Part shown: one piece after another, positions 48,573 to 58,791 of the stretch
Layout: each line of letters begins with the position of its first letter
How positions within the stretch are numbered: the stretch's first letter is position 1
Assembly (NCBI GenBank): GCA_049606855.1
Contig: JBMYVY010000001.1
Location: 153,114-217,113, forward strand
From: Flavobacteriaceae bacterium
GTDB taxonomy: Bacteria; Bacteroidota; Bacteroidia; Flavobacteriales; Flavobacteriaceae
DNA length: 64,000 nucleotides
Direction: 5' to 3'
Made by a program: the position numbers and the translations under genes
The notes under the pieces: model-generated
Told to the model about the DNA's origin: nothing
What the model saw: the letters and a program-made list of their open reading frames with translations, nothing else
The model's database searches: none

Positions 48573-50837
48573 TTAAGCTACATTTTCTTTTTTAATAAGA
48601 TTCAATGCGGAACCTTCTTTAAACCACTCTATCTGATTTTCATTATAGGTATGGTTTAATTTAATCTCTTCTCTAGAATCATCTGAATGTACAATCTCTA
48701 GGGTCAATTGTTTTCCTGGAGCAAACTCATGAAGATCCATGAAGTTGAATGAGTCATCCTCTTGAATTAGATCATAATCTGCTTCATTTGCAAAAGTCAA
48801 TCCTAACATACCTTGTTTTTTCAGGTTTGTTTCGTGGATACGCGCAAAAGACTTTACGATAACTGCTGCAACACCAAGGAAACGTGGTTCCATTGCTGCA
48901 TGCTCTCTTGAAGATCCTTCCCCGTAGTTATGATCTCCTATTACTACCGTTTTGACTCCCGCAGACTTATAAGCTCTTGCAGTTGCTGGTACAGGCCCAT
49001 ATTCCCCAGTTAATTGGCTCTTAACCTTGTTCGTTTGTCTATTGAAGTCATTTACTGCTCCAATTAAACAGTTATCAGAAATATTATCTAAATGCCCTCT
49101 AAATCTTAACCATGGTCCAGCCATAGAAATGTGATCCGTAGTACATTTACCAAATGCTTTGATCAAAAGTTTAGCATCTCTAATTTCATAACCAATTGGT
49201 TCGAATGGATTCAATAATTGTAACCTTTCTGAATCTGGGGCAACAACAACTTCAACTGAAGATCCATCGGCCTGAGGAGCTTGATAACCTGGGTCATCTA
49301 CATCAAAACCTTTTGGAGGTAATTCAAATCCTGTTGGTTCATCCAACATTACTTTTTCTCCATCCTTATTTATTAAAGCATCCGTCATTGGATTAAAATC
49401 CAATCTACCAGAGATTGCTACTGCTGCAACCATCTCAGGTGATGCTACAAAGGCATGTGTGTTAGGGTTACCGTCTGCTCTTTTCGAAAAGTTTCTGTTA
49501 AAAGAGTGAATAATTGTATTCTTCTCTTGTTTATCAGCACCTTCTCTATCCCATTGTCCAATACAAGGACCACAAGCATTTGTAAATATTTTAGTATTTA
49601 AATTTTCGAAAATCTCTAAATAACCATCTCTTTCAAGAGTAAATCTCACTTGTTCAGAACCTGGATTAATTCCAAATTCTGCTTTAGCCACTAAACCTTT
49701 ATCAACGGCCTGCTTAGCAATAGAGGCAGCTCTCGAAATATCTTCGTATGAAGAGTTAGTGCAAGACCCGATTAATCCCCACTCTACCTTAATTGGCCAC
49801 TCATTACTTGAGGCGGTATCCTTCATCTCGCTAACCTTAGTTGCACGATCTGGAGTAAATGGTCCATTAATATATGGCTTCAATTCATCAAGATTAATTT
49901 CAATAACTTGATCGAAATATTTTTCAGGATTTTCATAAGCCTCATCATCTCCTGTTAAATAAGGTGCAATTTCATTTGCAGCATCAGCTACTTCTGCTCT
50001 ATCTGTAGCTCTTAAATAACGCTCAATTGAAGCATCGTAACCAAAAGTTGAAGTAGTTGCTCCTACTTCAGCTCCCATATTACAGATGGTTCCTTTACCA
50101 GTTGCGGAAAGCGACTTAGCCCCTTCACCGAAATATTCTATAATAGCTCCAGTACCACCCTTAACCGTAAGGATTCCTGCAACCTTTAAAATAACATCTT
50201 TAGGAGAAGACCAACCGTTTAATTTTCCAGTTAATTTAACTCCAATTAGTTTTGGAAATTTTAATTCCCAAGGCATTCCAGCCATTACATCAACGGCATC
50301 GGCACCACCAACACCAATAGCCACCATTCCAAGTCCTCCGGCATTAACAGTGTGTGAATCTGTTCCAATCATCATTCCTCCTGGAAACGCATAATTTTCT
50401 AAAACAACTTGGTGGATAATCCCTGCTCCTGGCTTCCAGAATCCAATACCGTATTTATCGGATACTGAAGACAAGAAATCAAAAACTTCTTTACTCGATT
50501 TATTAGCAAAGGCCAAATCAGTCTCTGCTCCTACCTTTGCTTGAATAAGGTGATCACAATGCACGGTAGTTGGCACAGCTACTTTCTCTTTTCCAGCTTG
50601 CATAAATTGAAGCAATGCCATTTGAGCGGTTGCATCTTGACACGCAATTCGGTCTGGCGCGAAATCTACGTAATCTTTTCCTCGTTCGAACGAGCGATGT
50701 GCCTTACCATCCCAAAGGTGATTGTAAAGAATCTTTTCAGCTAAGGTAAGCGGGCGACCTACTTTCTCACGAGCAGCATCCACATTGTCAGCCATTCGTG
50801 CATAGACTCCCTTAATCATATCAATGTCAAAAGCCAT
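48573..50837 (-). CDS. aconitate hydratase (754-aa mitochondrial-type aconitase)
   Basis: Fe-S cluster Cys contexts are present ([17 protein letters not shown]), along with the IGTDSHT motif and a swivel domain with [10 protein letters not shown]. Confidence 0.95.
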   Translation of the reverse strand: MAFDIDMIKGVYARMADNVDAAREKVGRPLTLAEKILYNHLWDGKAHRSFERGKDYVDFAPDRIACQDATAQMALLQFMQAGKEKVAVPTTVHCDHLIQAKVGAETDLAFANKSSKEVFDFLSSVSDKYGIGFWKPGAGIIHQVVLENYAFPGGMMIGTDSHTVNAGGLGMVAIGVGGADAVDVMAGMPWELKFPKLIGVKLTGKLNGWSSPKDVILKVAGILTVKGGTGAIIEYFGEGAKSLSATGKGTICNMGAEVGATTSTFGYDASIERYLRATDRAEVADAANEIAPYLTGDDEAYENPEKYFDQVIEINLDELKPYINGPFTPDRATKVSEMKDTASSNEWPIKVEWGLIGSCTNSSYEDISRAASIAKQAVDKGLVAKAEFGINPGSEQVRFTLERDGYLEIFENLNTKIFTNACGPCIGQWDREGADKQEKNTIIHSFNRNFSKRADGNPNTHAFVASPEMVAAVAISGRLDFNPMTDALINKDGEKVMLDEPTGFELPPKGFDVDDPGYQAPQADGSSVEVVVAPDSERLQLLNPFEPIGYEIRDAKLLIKAFGKCTTDHISMAGPWLRFRGHLDNISDNCLIGAVNDFNRQTNKVKSQLTGEYGPVPATARAYKSAGVKTVVIGDHNYGEGSSREHAAMEPRFLGVAAVIVKSFARIHETNLKKQGMLGLTFANEADYDLIQEDDSFNFMDLHEFAPGKQLTLEIVHSDDSREEIKLNHTYNENQIEWFKEGSALNLIKKENVA

Positions 50838-51016
50838 ATTATAAAATTTTTGTTTGTTTATTTATTGAGTCCTGCGAATATACAAAAAAGGTATACTTTT
50901 TTCGATATTTTAAACAAAAACCCTATAAATTTATCGAAGTGACATAAGGAAGAGCTTCAACCTAGATTCCATTACGGAAAACGAAACTAAATAAGGTTAA
51001 ATTGAATATTTAACAA

Positions 51017-51312
51017 AAAGTAGGTCTATAAGCCGGGTTCTGTACTTAAAAAGCTCCTATCATTTATCTTGGATTTGCATTGCTACAAACCTCCATCTGC
51101 CTACCCTCCAAATTCGAGCGAGCAGCCCTCAAGCTTTGGTTTACATGACATTTCACCGCATAGAGTTTACCTGGTTTCACTACAGCCGAACTGTACATTC
51201 TTTCTGTTGCACTGGTCCTGTTTCCAATGGAAATGACGGATGTTATCCGCTATGCTTGCTCTTTGGTGCCCGGACTTTCCTCTTTAAAAAAGCGATAGGA
51301 CGACCTACTTAT
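51017..51312 (-). ncRNA. rnpB: RNase P RNA, bacterial type A (compact)
   Basis: The minus strand contains GAGGAAAGTCCGGGC (plus 51268-51282), GACCAGTGCAACAGAAAG, GGTAAACTC and ACAGAACCCGGCTTAT (plus 51028-51043). All are in canonical order. P1 pairing is AGTAGGTC (5') with GACCTACT (3'). Confidence 0.9.
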
Positions 51313-51335
51313 TTTGTTAAATCTTTCTTTTGAAA

Positions 51336-51365
51336 CGAAAAAACCCACTCAAAGAATGAGTGGGG
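51336..51365 (-). terminator. intrinsic terminator downstream of grpE-dnaJ, immediately upstream of rnpB
   Basis: The stem CCCACTCA / TGAGTGGG (51344-51351 / 51357-51364) is followed by a T-run on the minus strand (plus A-run 51338-51343). Confidence 0.8.
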
Positions 51366-51491
51366 AAATTGCTATGAAAAAGAAAAAGTGTAGCTAGTAA
51401 ACTAACTACGTTACAAATATAACGAACTCTAAATTAAATTAAACAATTATTTAATGTTATTTCACAATTATTTAACTTCCAGTTCGTTACG

Positions 51492-52613
51492 TTAATTGAA
51501 CATGTCTTTTACTTTCTCAAAAAATGATTTATCTGTTTTAGACGGATTTGGTTTGAAATTTTCATCCTCTAGGTTCTTTTCAAAAAATTGTTTTTGTTCT
51601 TTGGAAAGCGTTTTGGGTGTCCAAACATTTACATGGACTAATAAATCTCCTGTACCATAATAATCCAGTGATGGAAGTCCCTTTCCTTTCAACCTTAGAA
51701 TTTTTCCCGATTGAGTACCAGAATCTATTTTGATTTTTACTTTGCCGGAAACAGTTTCAATTTCCTTAGATGCTCCTAAGGCAGCCTCAGAAAAACTGAT
51801 ATATAAATCAAAATGTAAATTATTTCCTTCCCTCTTTAGGTTTGTTTCGTTAAGCTCCTCTATTAAAACAATAAGATCTCCAGGTATTGCATTTTTACCT
51901 GGTGCTTCATTACCTTTTCCTGCTACTTTTAACTGAACTCCGTCACTTACACCAGCTGGAATTTTAATGCTAACAGTTTCTTCCTTAATCATCATTCCCT
52001 GTGTATCAGCACCCTTAGGTTTAGAATCTACGATTTCTCCTGCTCCTCCACATGTATTACACGTGGTTGCAGTTTGCATTCTTCCTAAAATTGTATTCTG
52101 GACCTGCATAATTTGTCCACTACCGTTACAAGTAGAGCAAGTTTTGTAGGTAACTCCATCAGCCTTAACTTTTCTTTTAACTTTCACCTTTTTTTCGACA
52201 CCGTTAGCGATATCTTTCAGGTTTACCTTAACGCGAATACGCATATTGGATCCTTTGACTCTAGCAGGGCCTCTTGATCGACCGCCGAAGCCTCCGAATC
52301 CACCTCCACCAAAGATGTCACCAAATTGACTGAAGATGTCATCCATATTCATTCCGCCACCGAAACCGCCACCACCAGGGCCTGCCCCGCCTTCAAATGC
52401 AGCATGACCAAACTGATCGTATCTCGCTTTTTTATCTGCGTCACTCAAAATCTCATAGGCTTCAGCAGCCTCTTTAAACTTCTCTTCTGCTTCTGAATCT
52501 CCAGGGTTCTTATCCGGGTGATATTTAATCGCCATCTTCCGATAAGCCTTTTTAATTTCACTTTCTGAGGCTGATTTAGAAACGCCTAATATTTCGTAAT
52601 AATCTTTTTTCAT
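51492..52613 (-). CDS. dnaJ: molecular chaperone DnaJ
   Basis: It has a J domain with HPD (KYHPDKN), a G/F-rich linker, a Cys-rich region and C-terminal substrate-binding domains. Only two CxxCxGxG motifs are present. Confidence 0.95.
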   Translation of the reverse strand: MKKDYYEILGVSKSASESEIKKAYRKMAIKYHPDKNPGDSEAEEKFKEAAEAYEILSDADKKARYDQFGHAAFEGGAGPGGGGFGGGMNMDDIFSQFGDIFGGGGFGGFGGRSRGPARVKGSNMRIRVKVNLKDIANGVEKKVKVKRKVKADGVTYKTCSTCNGSGQIMQVQNTILGRMQTATTCNTCGGAGEIVDSKPKGADTQGMMIKEETVSIKIPAGVSDGVQLKVAGKGNEAPGKNAIPGDLIVLIEELNETNLKREGNNLHFDLYISFSEAALGASKEIETVSGKVKIKIDSGTQSGKILRLKGKGLPSLDYYGTGDLLVHVNVWTPKTLSKEQKQFFEKNLEDENFKPNPSKTDKSFFEKVKDMFN

Positions 52614-52619
52614 ATTTCC

Positions 52620-53156
52620 TTAAGATTGCCCGATAACCACTTTTGGATAACGAATAATTTTATCTCCTAATTGGTAACCTTTTTCGATTACATCTATAAT
52701 CTTTCCTTTTAAATCTTCTGTCGGTGCTGGAATTTGAGTAACTGCTTCATGCAAATCAGCATCGAATACATCTCCAGTCTTTACCTCCATAGCTTGAAGC
52801 CCCTTTTGATCTAAAGTCTTAACAAATTTGTCATAAATCAACTCCATTCCTTGAAAAACAGCATGGTTTTCACTTGATTTTTTTAATTCTACAAGCCCTC
52901 TGTCAAAATCATCAACAATTGGCAGTAAAGCTGACAAGACGTCTTGATTCGCAGTCTTAAATTGCTCTATCCTTTCCTTAGCAGTTCTTTTCTTAAAGTT
53001 TTCAAACTCCGCAAACAATCTTAAATATCGATCTTTTTCCGCTTGAACTAATTCCTCACAACTCACCTCTTGTTCCTTATTCTCCTGCTCTTCTTGCACT
53101 TGTTCGGCAGTGTTATCTACCGCTTCTTGTTCTTTATCATTAGTTTCTTTTGCCAT
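52620..53156 (-). CDS. grpE: nucleotide exchange factor GrpE
   Basis: The 178-aa product has an acidic N-terminus and the GrpE core (RLFAEFENFKKRT...). It lies directly upstream of dnaJ. Confidence 0.95.
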   Translation of the reverse strand: MAKETNDKEQEAVDNTAEQVQEEQENKEQEVSCEELVQAEKDRYLRLFAEFENFKKRTAKERIEQFKTANQDVLSALLPIVDDFDRGLVELKKSSENHAVFQGMELIYDKFVKTLDQKGLQAMEVKTGDVFDADLHEAVTQIPAPTEDLKGKIIDVIEKGYQLGDKIIRYPKVVIGQS

Positions 53157-53185
53157 AATCTTCTTAATATTTGATGATATAATTA

Positions 53186-53218
53186 CAAATTTATTGCCAT
53201 AGGGTAATTTGATGTCAA
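53186..53218 (-). promoter_or_regulatory. candidate Bacteroidetes-type promoter for grpE-dnaJ (TTG-N22-TAaaTTTG)
   Basis: On the minus strand, TTG is at plus 53216-53218 and TAAATTTG at plus 53186-53193, 29 nt upstream of the grpE ATG. The spacer is 22 nt, longer than the ideal 19. Confidence 0.4.
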
Positions 53219-53224
53219 GATGAC

Positions 53225-53250
53225 ATAAAAAAAACCTCTTGTCGAGGTTT
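53225..53250 (-). terminator. intrinsic terminator after murA
   Basis: The stem AACCTC / GAGGTT (53233-53238 / 53244-53249) overlaps the murA stop codon. A T-run of 8 follows on the minus strand. Confidence 0.75.
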
Positions 53251-54559
53251 AATTTTCTATTCTTTGAATTTTTGCTCCTATGGATTTCAATCGTGCTTCA
53301 ATATCTTCATATCCACGATCTATTTGTTCTATATTCTCAATGGTCGAAGTACCCTTGGCAGATAAAGCAGCAATCAACAAAGAAACCCCAGCACGTATAT
53401 CTGGTGAACTCATTCGAGTCGCTTTCAAACTGTGCTCGTGATTCATCCCTATTACTGTGGCTCTATGCGGATCACATAGGATTATTTTTGCTCCCATATC
53501 AATCAATTTATCCACAAAAAATAATCGAGATTCAAACATTTTTTGATGTATTAAAACACTTCCCTTTGCCTGAGTGGCTATTACAAGAATAATACTCAGT
53601 AAGTCTGGAGTAAATCCAGGCCATGGAGCATCAGATATGGTAAGTAAAGATCCATCTATATAGTTTTCAATTTCATAGGAATCTTGTTTTGGAACGTAAA
53701 TATCATCACCTCGCTTTTCGATTTTGATACCCATTTTATGAAATATTCTGGGGATAACACCAAGCATATCCCATCGAACATCCTTAATTGTTAACTCAGA
53801 TTTAGTCATAGCTGCCATTCCAATCCATGACCCAATTTCAATCATATCTGGTAAAATTCGGTGCTCACAACCTCTCATTTCTTTTACCCCTTGGATGGTC
53901 AAAAGATTAGATCCAACACCTGTAATATTAGCCCCCATACTGTTTAGCATACCACATAGTTGCTGAAGGTAAGGCTCACACGCTGCATTGTATATAGTTG
54001 TTGTACCTTCTGCTAGCACCGCAGCCATTACAATATTGGCTGTCCCTGTTACAGATGCTTCATCTAATAACATATAAGTTCCTTTTAGCTTATCCGCCTG
54101 TACTCCATAAAAATGCTCTTCTTTATTATATCTGAAATCTGCCCCTAAATTGATAAAACCCTCGAAGTGTGTATCAAGACGCCTTCTTCCTATTTTATCT
54201 CCTCCAGGTTTTGGAATATAACCTTTTCCAAATCGAGCCAACAATGGCCCCACGAGCATTATGGAACCTCGTAAAGAGCTTCCATCTCTTTTAAAATCAG
54301 CTGATTCTAGATAATCCAGGTTGATTTCATCGGACTCAAAAGAGTAGGTATTCTTATCTAATTTTTCAATTTTAACTCCTAATTCTCCAAGAATGAATAT
54401 CAATTTATTGACATCAATAATATTAGGAACATTTGATATAGTTACTTTTTCCGGAGTTAATAAAACGGCACATAAAACTTGTAATGCCTCGTTCTTCGCC
54501 CCTTGAGGGATGATACTTCCACTGAGTTCGTGTCCCCCCTCTATTTTAAATATAGACAT
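53249..54559 (-). CDS. murA: UDP-N-acetylglucosamine 1-carboxyvinyltransferase
   Basis: The 436-aa product has the EPSP-synthase-like fold and the typical MurA N-terminus (IEGGHELSGSIIPQGAKNEALQVL). Confidence 0.95.
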   Translation of the reverse strand: MSIFKIEGGHELSGSIIPQGAKNEALQVLCAVLLTPEKVTISNVPNIIDVNKLIFILGELGVKIEKLDKNTYSFESDEINLDYLESADFKRDGSSLRGSIMLVGPLLARFGKGYIPKPGGDKIGRRRLDTHFEGFINLGADFRYNKEEHFYGVQADKLKGTYMLLDEASVTGTANIVMAAVLAEGTTTIYNAACEPYLQQLCGMLNSMGANITGVGSNLLTIQGVKEMRGCEHRILPDMIEIGSWIGMAAMTKSELTIKDVRWDMLGVIPRIFHKMGIKIEKRGDDIYVPKQDSYEIENYIDGSLLTISDAPWPGFTPDLLSIILVIATQAKGSVLIHQKMFESRLFFVDKLIDMGAKIILCDPHRATVIGMNHEHSLKATRMSSPDIRAGVSLLIAALSAKGTSTIENIEQIDRGYEDIEARLKSIGAKIQRIEN

Positions 54560-55194
54560 TAATTTCTTCTATTTTTATTTCTTCCTTGGTTGTTTTTATT
54601 GTTATGAGGACGCTTATTTCCTTTTGGTCTCATTAAAATTTTCGAATCAGCTAAAGGTTCTGAAGTTTCTGCAACATCAATCTCACCTTTGGACAATTCC
54701 TTTAAATGAGAAAAAATAATAGCATCTTCCACGGTGTCCTTATTCCAGTTCAAATAACATTTTTTCATATGATTTGCTATCGTATGAATTAAAGCATCTC
54801 GCTTTTCACCAGCTTCCCAACTCAAAGCAACATCAATCATAGTTTGAATATTATTTCCGTAGAATCTATACTTAGAAGCTGATTTGGGATAATCTAAAGG
54901 AGTTGGCTTAGCCTCCAAAACTTCCTTTTCGGGTTTAGGGTATGGTCCATCAACATCTAATTCATAGTTTGACATCATATAAATTTGATCCCATAATTTA
55001 TGTTTAAAATCAGGAACATCTCTTAAGTGAGGTTGCAAGTTTCCCATAACATCTACAATTGCAAGAGCCATTTTGCTTTGTTCTTCCTTGGTAGGAAGTT
55101 GTAAACAATGATCAACCAGTTTTTGTAAGTGTCTCCCGTATTCAGGTATAATTAAATTCGGACGTTCCGAATTGTATTCTAAATCGAATCCCAT
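54559..55194 (-). CDS. DUF4290 domain-containing protein
   Basis: It shows the conserved Bacteroidota pattern (YNSERPNLIIPEYGRHLQKLV) and sits immediately upstream of murA, overlapping it by 1 nt. It has a basic C-terminal tail. Confidence 0.7.
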   Translation of the reverse strand: MGFDLEYNSERPNLIIPEYGRHLQKLVDHCLQLPTKEEQSKMALAIVDVMGNLQPHLRDVPDFKHKLWDQIYMMSNYELDVDGPYPKPEKEVLEAKPTPLDYPKSASKYRFYGNNIQTMIDVALSWEAGEKRDALIHTIANHMKKCYLNWNKDTVEDAIIFSHLKELSKGEIDVAETSEPLADSKILMRPKGNKRPHNNKNNQGRNKNRRN

Positions 55195-55258
55195 AGAATT
55201 AAGTTTTTGACCCTAAAAAGAGCCTGTTAATGCAAATTACTTAAATTTATTTGAAACT

Positions 55259-57583
55259 TTAGCCTATTAATTTCAATTTGGCAAACTGAAGTAGTAATTT
55301 CTTTGTTCCAGCATTTTCAAACACTATTGCTGCCTTTTTGTTTCCACCGACACCTTCCATTGCTTTGACTTCGCCACGACCGAAGCGCGCATGTTCAACT
55401 ATACTTCCAACACGAATCTCTGAGTCGAATAAATTTCCAGCCGATTTAGACTCATTACTGTCAATTTTTTTCAAAGATGGCCGAACCTTGGGTTCAGAAC
55501 TTGGTCGGTTTCGTTGAGGGCGTCTGATCGGTTTTTGAAACCGTATTTTATTTTTTGGGACATCGTCAAATATATCTAAATCAAGTCCCGAAGGATTCGC
55601 TCTGCCTTGACCTAATGAAGGACTTAAATGCTCGAGATAGGTTTCGTCTAATTCTTCTAAGAACCTACTTGGCTCGCAATCAATAAGTTTCCCCCATCGA
55701 TATCGGGTTTGAGCATAGGAAAGATAAGCTTGCTTCTCCGCCCTTGTGAGCGCTACATAAAACAATCTGCGTTCTTCTTCGAGTTCTGCTCTTGTGTTCA
55801 TACTCATTGCAGAAGGAAATAGTGATTCCTCAAGTCCTACGACAAAGACGTAAGGAAACTCGAGTCCTTTTGCAAGGTGAATTGTCATCAAAGAAACTTT
55901 TGGTTCACCATCATCTTTTTCCTTATCAAAATCCGTAGCCAAGGCAACGTCCTCTAAAAACATCTCTAAAGAAGCATCTTCACCTTTTTCTTTTTGCTCT
56001 TCGATAAAATCTTTAATACCGTTAAGTAATTCCTGAACATTTTCAACTCTGGAAACCGCTTCTGGGGTGCCTTCAGCCTCCAGATCTTTTATTAACCTGA
56101 CCTGCTTTACAACCTGCTCCGCAACTTCAAATGCATTGGAGGTTTTAGCTGAGATTTTTAAGCTTTCTATGGTATTTACAAAGTTTTGGAGTTTGGTTTT
56201 GGTGCCTGAATTGATTTTTAAAGCTACTCCGTCCAAATTTTTTAAAACTTCGAAAATTGAAATATTAAAATGATTTGCCGCAACGACTAATTTATCTAAG
56301 GTAGTCTGACCTATTCCTCTCGCTGGATAATTTATAATTCTTTTTAGGGCTTCCTCATCATTTGAATTGATTAATAGCCTTAAATATGACAATAAATCCT
56401 TTATTTCTTTTCTCTGATAAAAAGAGGTTCCACCATAAATTTTGTACTTGATATTCTTTTTACGTAGCGCATCCTCTATGGCTCTTGACTGGGCATTTGT
56501 TCTATATAAAATAGCGAATTGATCGCTCAATATATGTTGCTCCATTCTCAAATCGAAAATGGTTTTGGCTATCCATCTACCTTCATCTCCTTCTGATACG
56601 GTACGCATTACCTTAATTAAGGAACCATCCTCATTGGCGGTCCAAATCTCCTTGTCCAGACGTGTTTCGTTCTTTTCTATTAAACTATTTGCAGCTTTAA
56701 CAATAACCCCTGAGGAACGATAGTTCTGCTCCAGTTTAAAGATTTTTGCATCACTATAATAGTTCTGGAAATTTAATATGTTTTGAATATTTGCGCCCCT
56801 AAATGCATAAATAGATTGGGAGTCATCTCCAACCACACAAATGTTCTGAAAACGATCTGCCAACGCTTTTACTATTAGATATTGTGAATGGTTAGTATCC
56901 TGGTACTCATCTACCATGATGTATCTAAATCGATCTTGATATTTTGCCAAAACATCTGGGAATCGAGATAATAATTCATTTGTTCTTAAAAGAAGGTCAT
57001 CAAAGTCCATGGCACCCGCCTTAAAGCAACGATCTACATACTCCTTATAAATTTCCCCCATCTTAGGCCTACTAGCCATGGTGTCTGCTTCTTTTAGTTC
57101 GGGATGGTTGTAATAGGCTTTTACTGTAATTAAGCTGTTCTTGAATTGAGAAATTCTCCCAAGTACTTGTTTAGCCTTGTAACGGTCTTTTTCAAGTCCC
57201 ATTTCCTTAACAATAGCTGTGATCAGCCTTACAGAATCTTGAGTATCGTAAATGGTAAAACTTGAGGGATAACCCAATCGATCGGCTTCAGATCTTAAAA
57301 TTCTTGCAAATACGGAGTGAAAGGTACCCATCCAAAGATTCTTTGCTTCAGATACACCGACAACTGAGGCGATCCGATCTTTCATTTCTCTAGCCGCTTT
57401 GTTGGTAAAAGTCAAAGCGAGAATTTGAAAGGCATCAACCCCTTCTTTCATAAGGTGAGCAATTCTATAGGTCAAAACCCTAGTTTTACCCGAACCTGCT
57501 CCTGCAATTATAATCATTGGTCCATCTTTTTGAAGCACTGCTGCTTTTTGAGATGGATTTAAGCTCTCTAAATAATTCTCCAA
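55259..57583 (-). CDS. ATP-dependent DNA helicase, UvrD/PcrA/Rep (SF1) family
   Basis: Motifs include Walker A (AGAGSGKT), DEYQDT, and TIHLAKGLEF near the C-terminal region. The product is 774 aa. Confidence 0.9.
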   Translation of the reverse strand: MENYLESLNPSQKAAVLQKDGPMIIIAGAGSGKTRVLTYRIAHLMKEGVDAFQILALTFTNKAAREMKDRIASVVGVSEAKNLWMGTFHSVFARILRSEADRLGYPSSFTIYDTQDSVRLITAIVKEMGLEKDRYKAKQVLGRISQFKNSLITVKAYYNHPELKEADTMASRPKMGEIYKEYVDRCFKAGAMDFDDLLLRTNELLSRFPDVLAKYQDRFRYIMVDEYQDTNHSQYLIVKALADRFQNICVVGDDSQSIYAFRGANIQNILNFQNYYSDAKIFKLEQNYRSSGVIVKAANSLIEKNETRLDKEIWTANEDGSLIKVMRTVSEGDEGRWIAKTIFDLRMEQHILSDQFAILYRTNAQSRAIEDALRKKNIKYKIYGGTSFYQRKEIKDLLSYLRLLINSNDEEALKRIINYPARGIGQTTLDKLVVAANHFNISIFEVLKNLDGVALKINSGTKTKLQNFVNTIESLKISAKTSNAFEVAEQVVKQVRLIKDLEAEGTPEAVSRVENVQELLNGIKDFIEEQKEKGEDASLEMFLEDVALATDFDKEKDDGEPKVSLMTIHLAKGLEFPYVFVVGLEESLFPSAMSMNTRAELEEERRLFYVALTRAEKQAYLSYAQTRYRWGKLIDCEPSRFLEELDETYLEHLSPSLGQGRANPSGLDLDIFDDVPKNKIRFQKPIRRPQRNRPSSEPKVRPSLKKIDSNESKSAGNLFDSEIRVGSIVEHARFGRGEVKAMEGVGGNKKAAIVFENAGTKKLLLQFAKLKLIG

Positions 57584-57671
57584 AATCTTCTTTAATAAAG
57601 GTCAAAAATAAGTCCTTAAAGCCAATTTACAAATTCTTCTGCGCTATGTTATGAATTAAAATGATAATCTA

Positions 57672-57709
57672 TAAAAAAAGAAAAGACCGCCATAAAATAG
57701 CGGTCTTTT
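57672..57709 (-). terminator. intrinsic terminator after leuB
   Basis: It is a 10-bp perfect stem (AAAAGACCGC / GCGGTCTTTT, 57681-57690 / 57700-57709). A T-run follows on the minus strand. Confidence 0.85.
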
Positions 57710-57729
57710 CAATTAAGTTTTCTAAAGTA

Positions 57730-58791
57730 TTATTTAAGCTGACTCGCAAGCCAATCCCCAACTTCGGATGTTTTAAAAGATTTTCCTCCTTCGGCTAAAT
57801 CTTCGGTAACTACTCCTTGTTCTAAGGAAGCATCAACTGCATCCCTAATTTCCTGAGCCTCTTTAGTCAAACCAAAAGCATCTTCAAACATCATTGCTGC
57901 TGAAAGTACCGTTGCAAGAGGATTCGCGATATCTTTTCCTGCTGCCTGAGGATAAGAACCGTGAATAGGTTCATAAAGTGATGTATGTACCCCTAAAGAA
58001 GCTGATGGCATCAAGCCCATAGATCCAGAAATAACGGATGCTTCATCAGTAAGGATGTCCCCAAATAAATTTTCTGTTATCAGTACATCATAATCGCTAG
58101 GCCATTGCACTAATCTCATTGCTACGGCATCCACAAATTCGTAGGAAACGGCTACATCAGGATAGTCTTTTTCCATAGCTTGTACAGTTTCCCTCCATAA
58201 TCTTGAGGTCTCTAAAACATTTGCCTTGTCAACACAACACAGTTTTTTTCTTCTAGTCATCGCAAGCTCAAACCCACGTTTTGCTAGTCGTGTAATTTCC
58301 TCTCTAGTATACGTATTTGTATCAAATGCAGTTTCACCTTCATCCAACCTACCTCTTTTTCCAAAATAGATTCCACCAGTAAGTTCTCTTAAAAACACTA
58401 AATCCGTTCCCTCGATTCGTTCTCTTTTGAGTGGAGATTTTTCAATTAATGAGGGAAATACAAAAGTTGGTCGAACATTCGCGAATAAGCCCAATTCTTG
58501 TCTCATTTTCAATAAACCTTGCTCTGGTCTTACCTTGGCTGAAGGATCATTGTCGAACTTCGGGTCTCCAATTGCTCCAAAAAGAACCGCATCGGCAGCC
58601 ATACAAACTGCATGAGTTTCGTCTGGATATGGGTTACCTACAGCATCAATTGCCGCTGCACCAGTTAAGGCACTTGTCCAATTAATTTCGTGATTGTACT
58701 TCTTTGCTATGGCATCCGATACCTTCACCGCTTGAGCGATTACTTCTGGTCCAATACCATCACCTGCTAATAAAGCAATATTTAATTTCAT
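57730..58791 (-). CDS. leuB: 3-isopropylmalate dehydrogenase
   Basis: The 353-aa product has the isocitrate/IPM dehydrogenase signature (NLFGDILTDEASVISGSMGL). Confidence 0.95.
   Translation of the reverse strand: MKLNIALLAGDGIGPEVIAQAVKVSDAIAKKYNHEINWTSALTGAAAIDAVGNPYPDETHAVCMAADAVLFGAIGDPKFDNDPSAKVRPEQGLLKMRQELGLFANVRPTFVFPSLIEKSPLKRERIEGTDLVFLRELTGGIYFGKRGRLDEGETAFDTNTYTREEITRLAKRGFELAMTRRKKLCCVDKANVLETSRLWRETVQAMEKDYPDVAVSYEFVDAVAMRLVQWPSDYDVLITENLFGDILTDEASVISGSMGLMPSASLGVHTSLYEPIHGSYPQAAGKDIANPLATVLSAAMMFEDAFGLTKEAQEIRDAVDASLEQGVVTEDLAEGGKSFKTSEVGDWLASQLK

Noticed and set aside
51136-51333. A 65-aa ORF on the plus strand in the acn-dnaJ spacer.
   Set aside because: It lies entirely over the RNase P RNA gene on the opposite strand. 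The conserved RNase P motifs explain the sequence.
53157-53248. Heat-shock control elements (sigma-32-type promoter, CIRCE) upstream of grpE-dnaJ. The region upstream of clpB (42384-42505) was examined too.
   Set aside because: CTTGACA and CCCTAT are only 8 nt apart, which is the wrong spacing for a sigma-32 promoter. No TTAGCACTC-N9-GAGTGCTAA inverted repeat is present. A housekeeping-type TTG/TAAATTTG promoter fits better.
53239-53592. A 117-aa plus-strand ORF, and the 69-aa ORF at 54510-54719.
   Set aside because: They are antisense to murA and the DUF4290 gene, which have clear signatures. They also span terminator or intergenic sequence.
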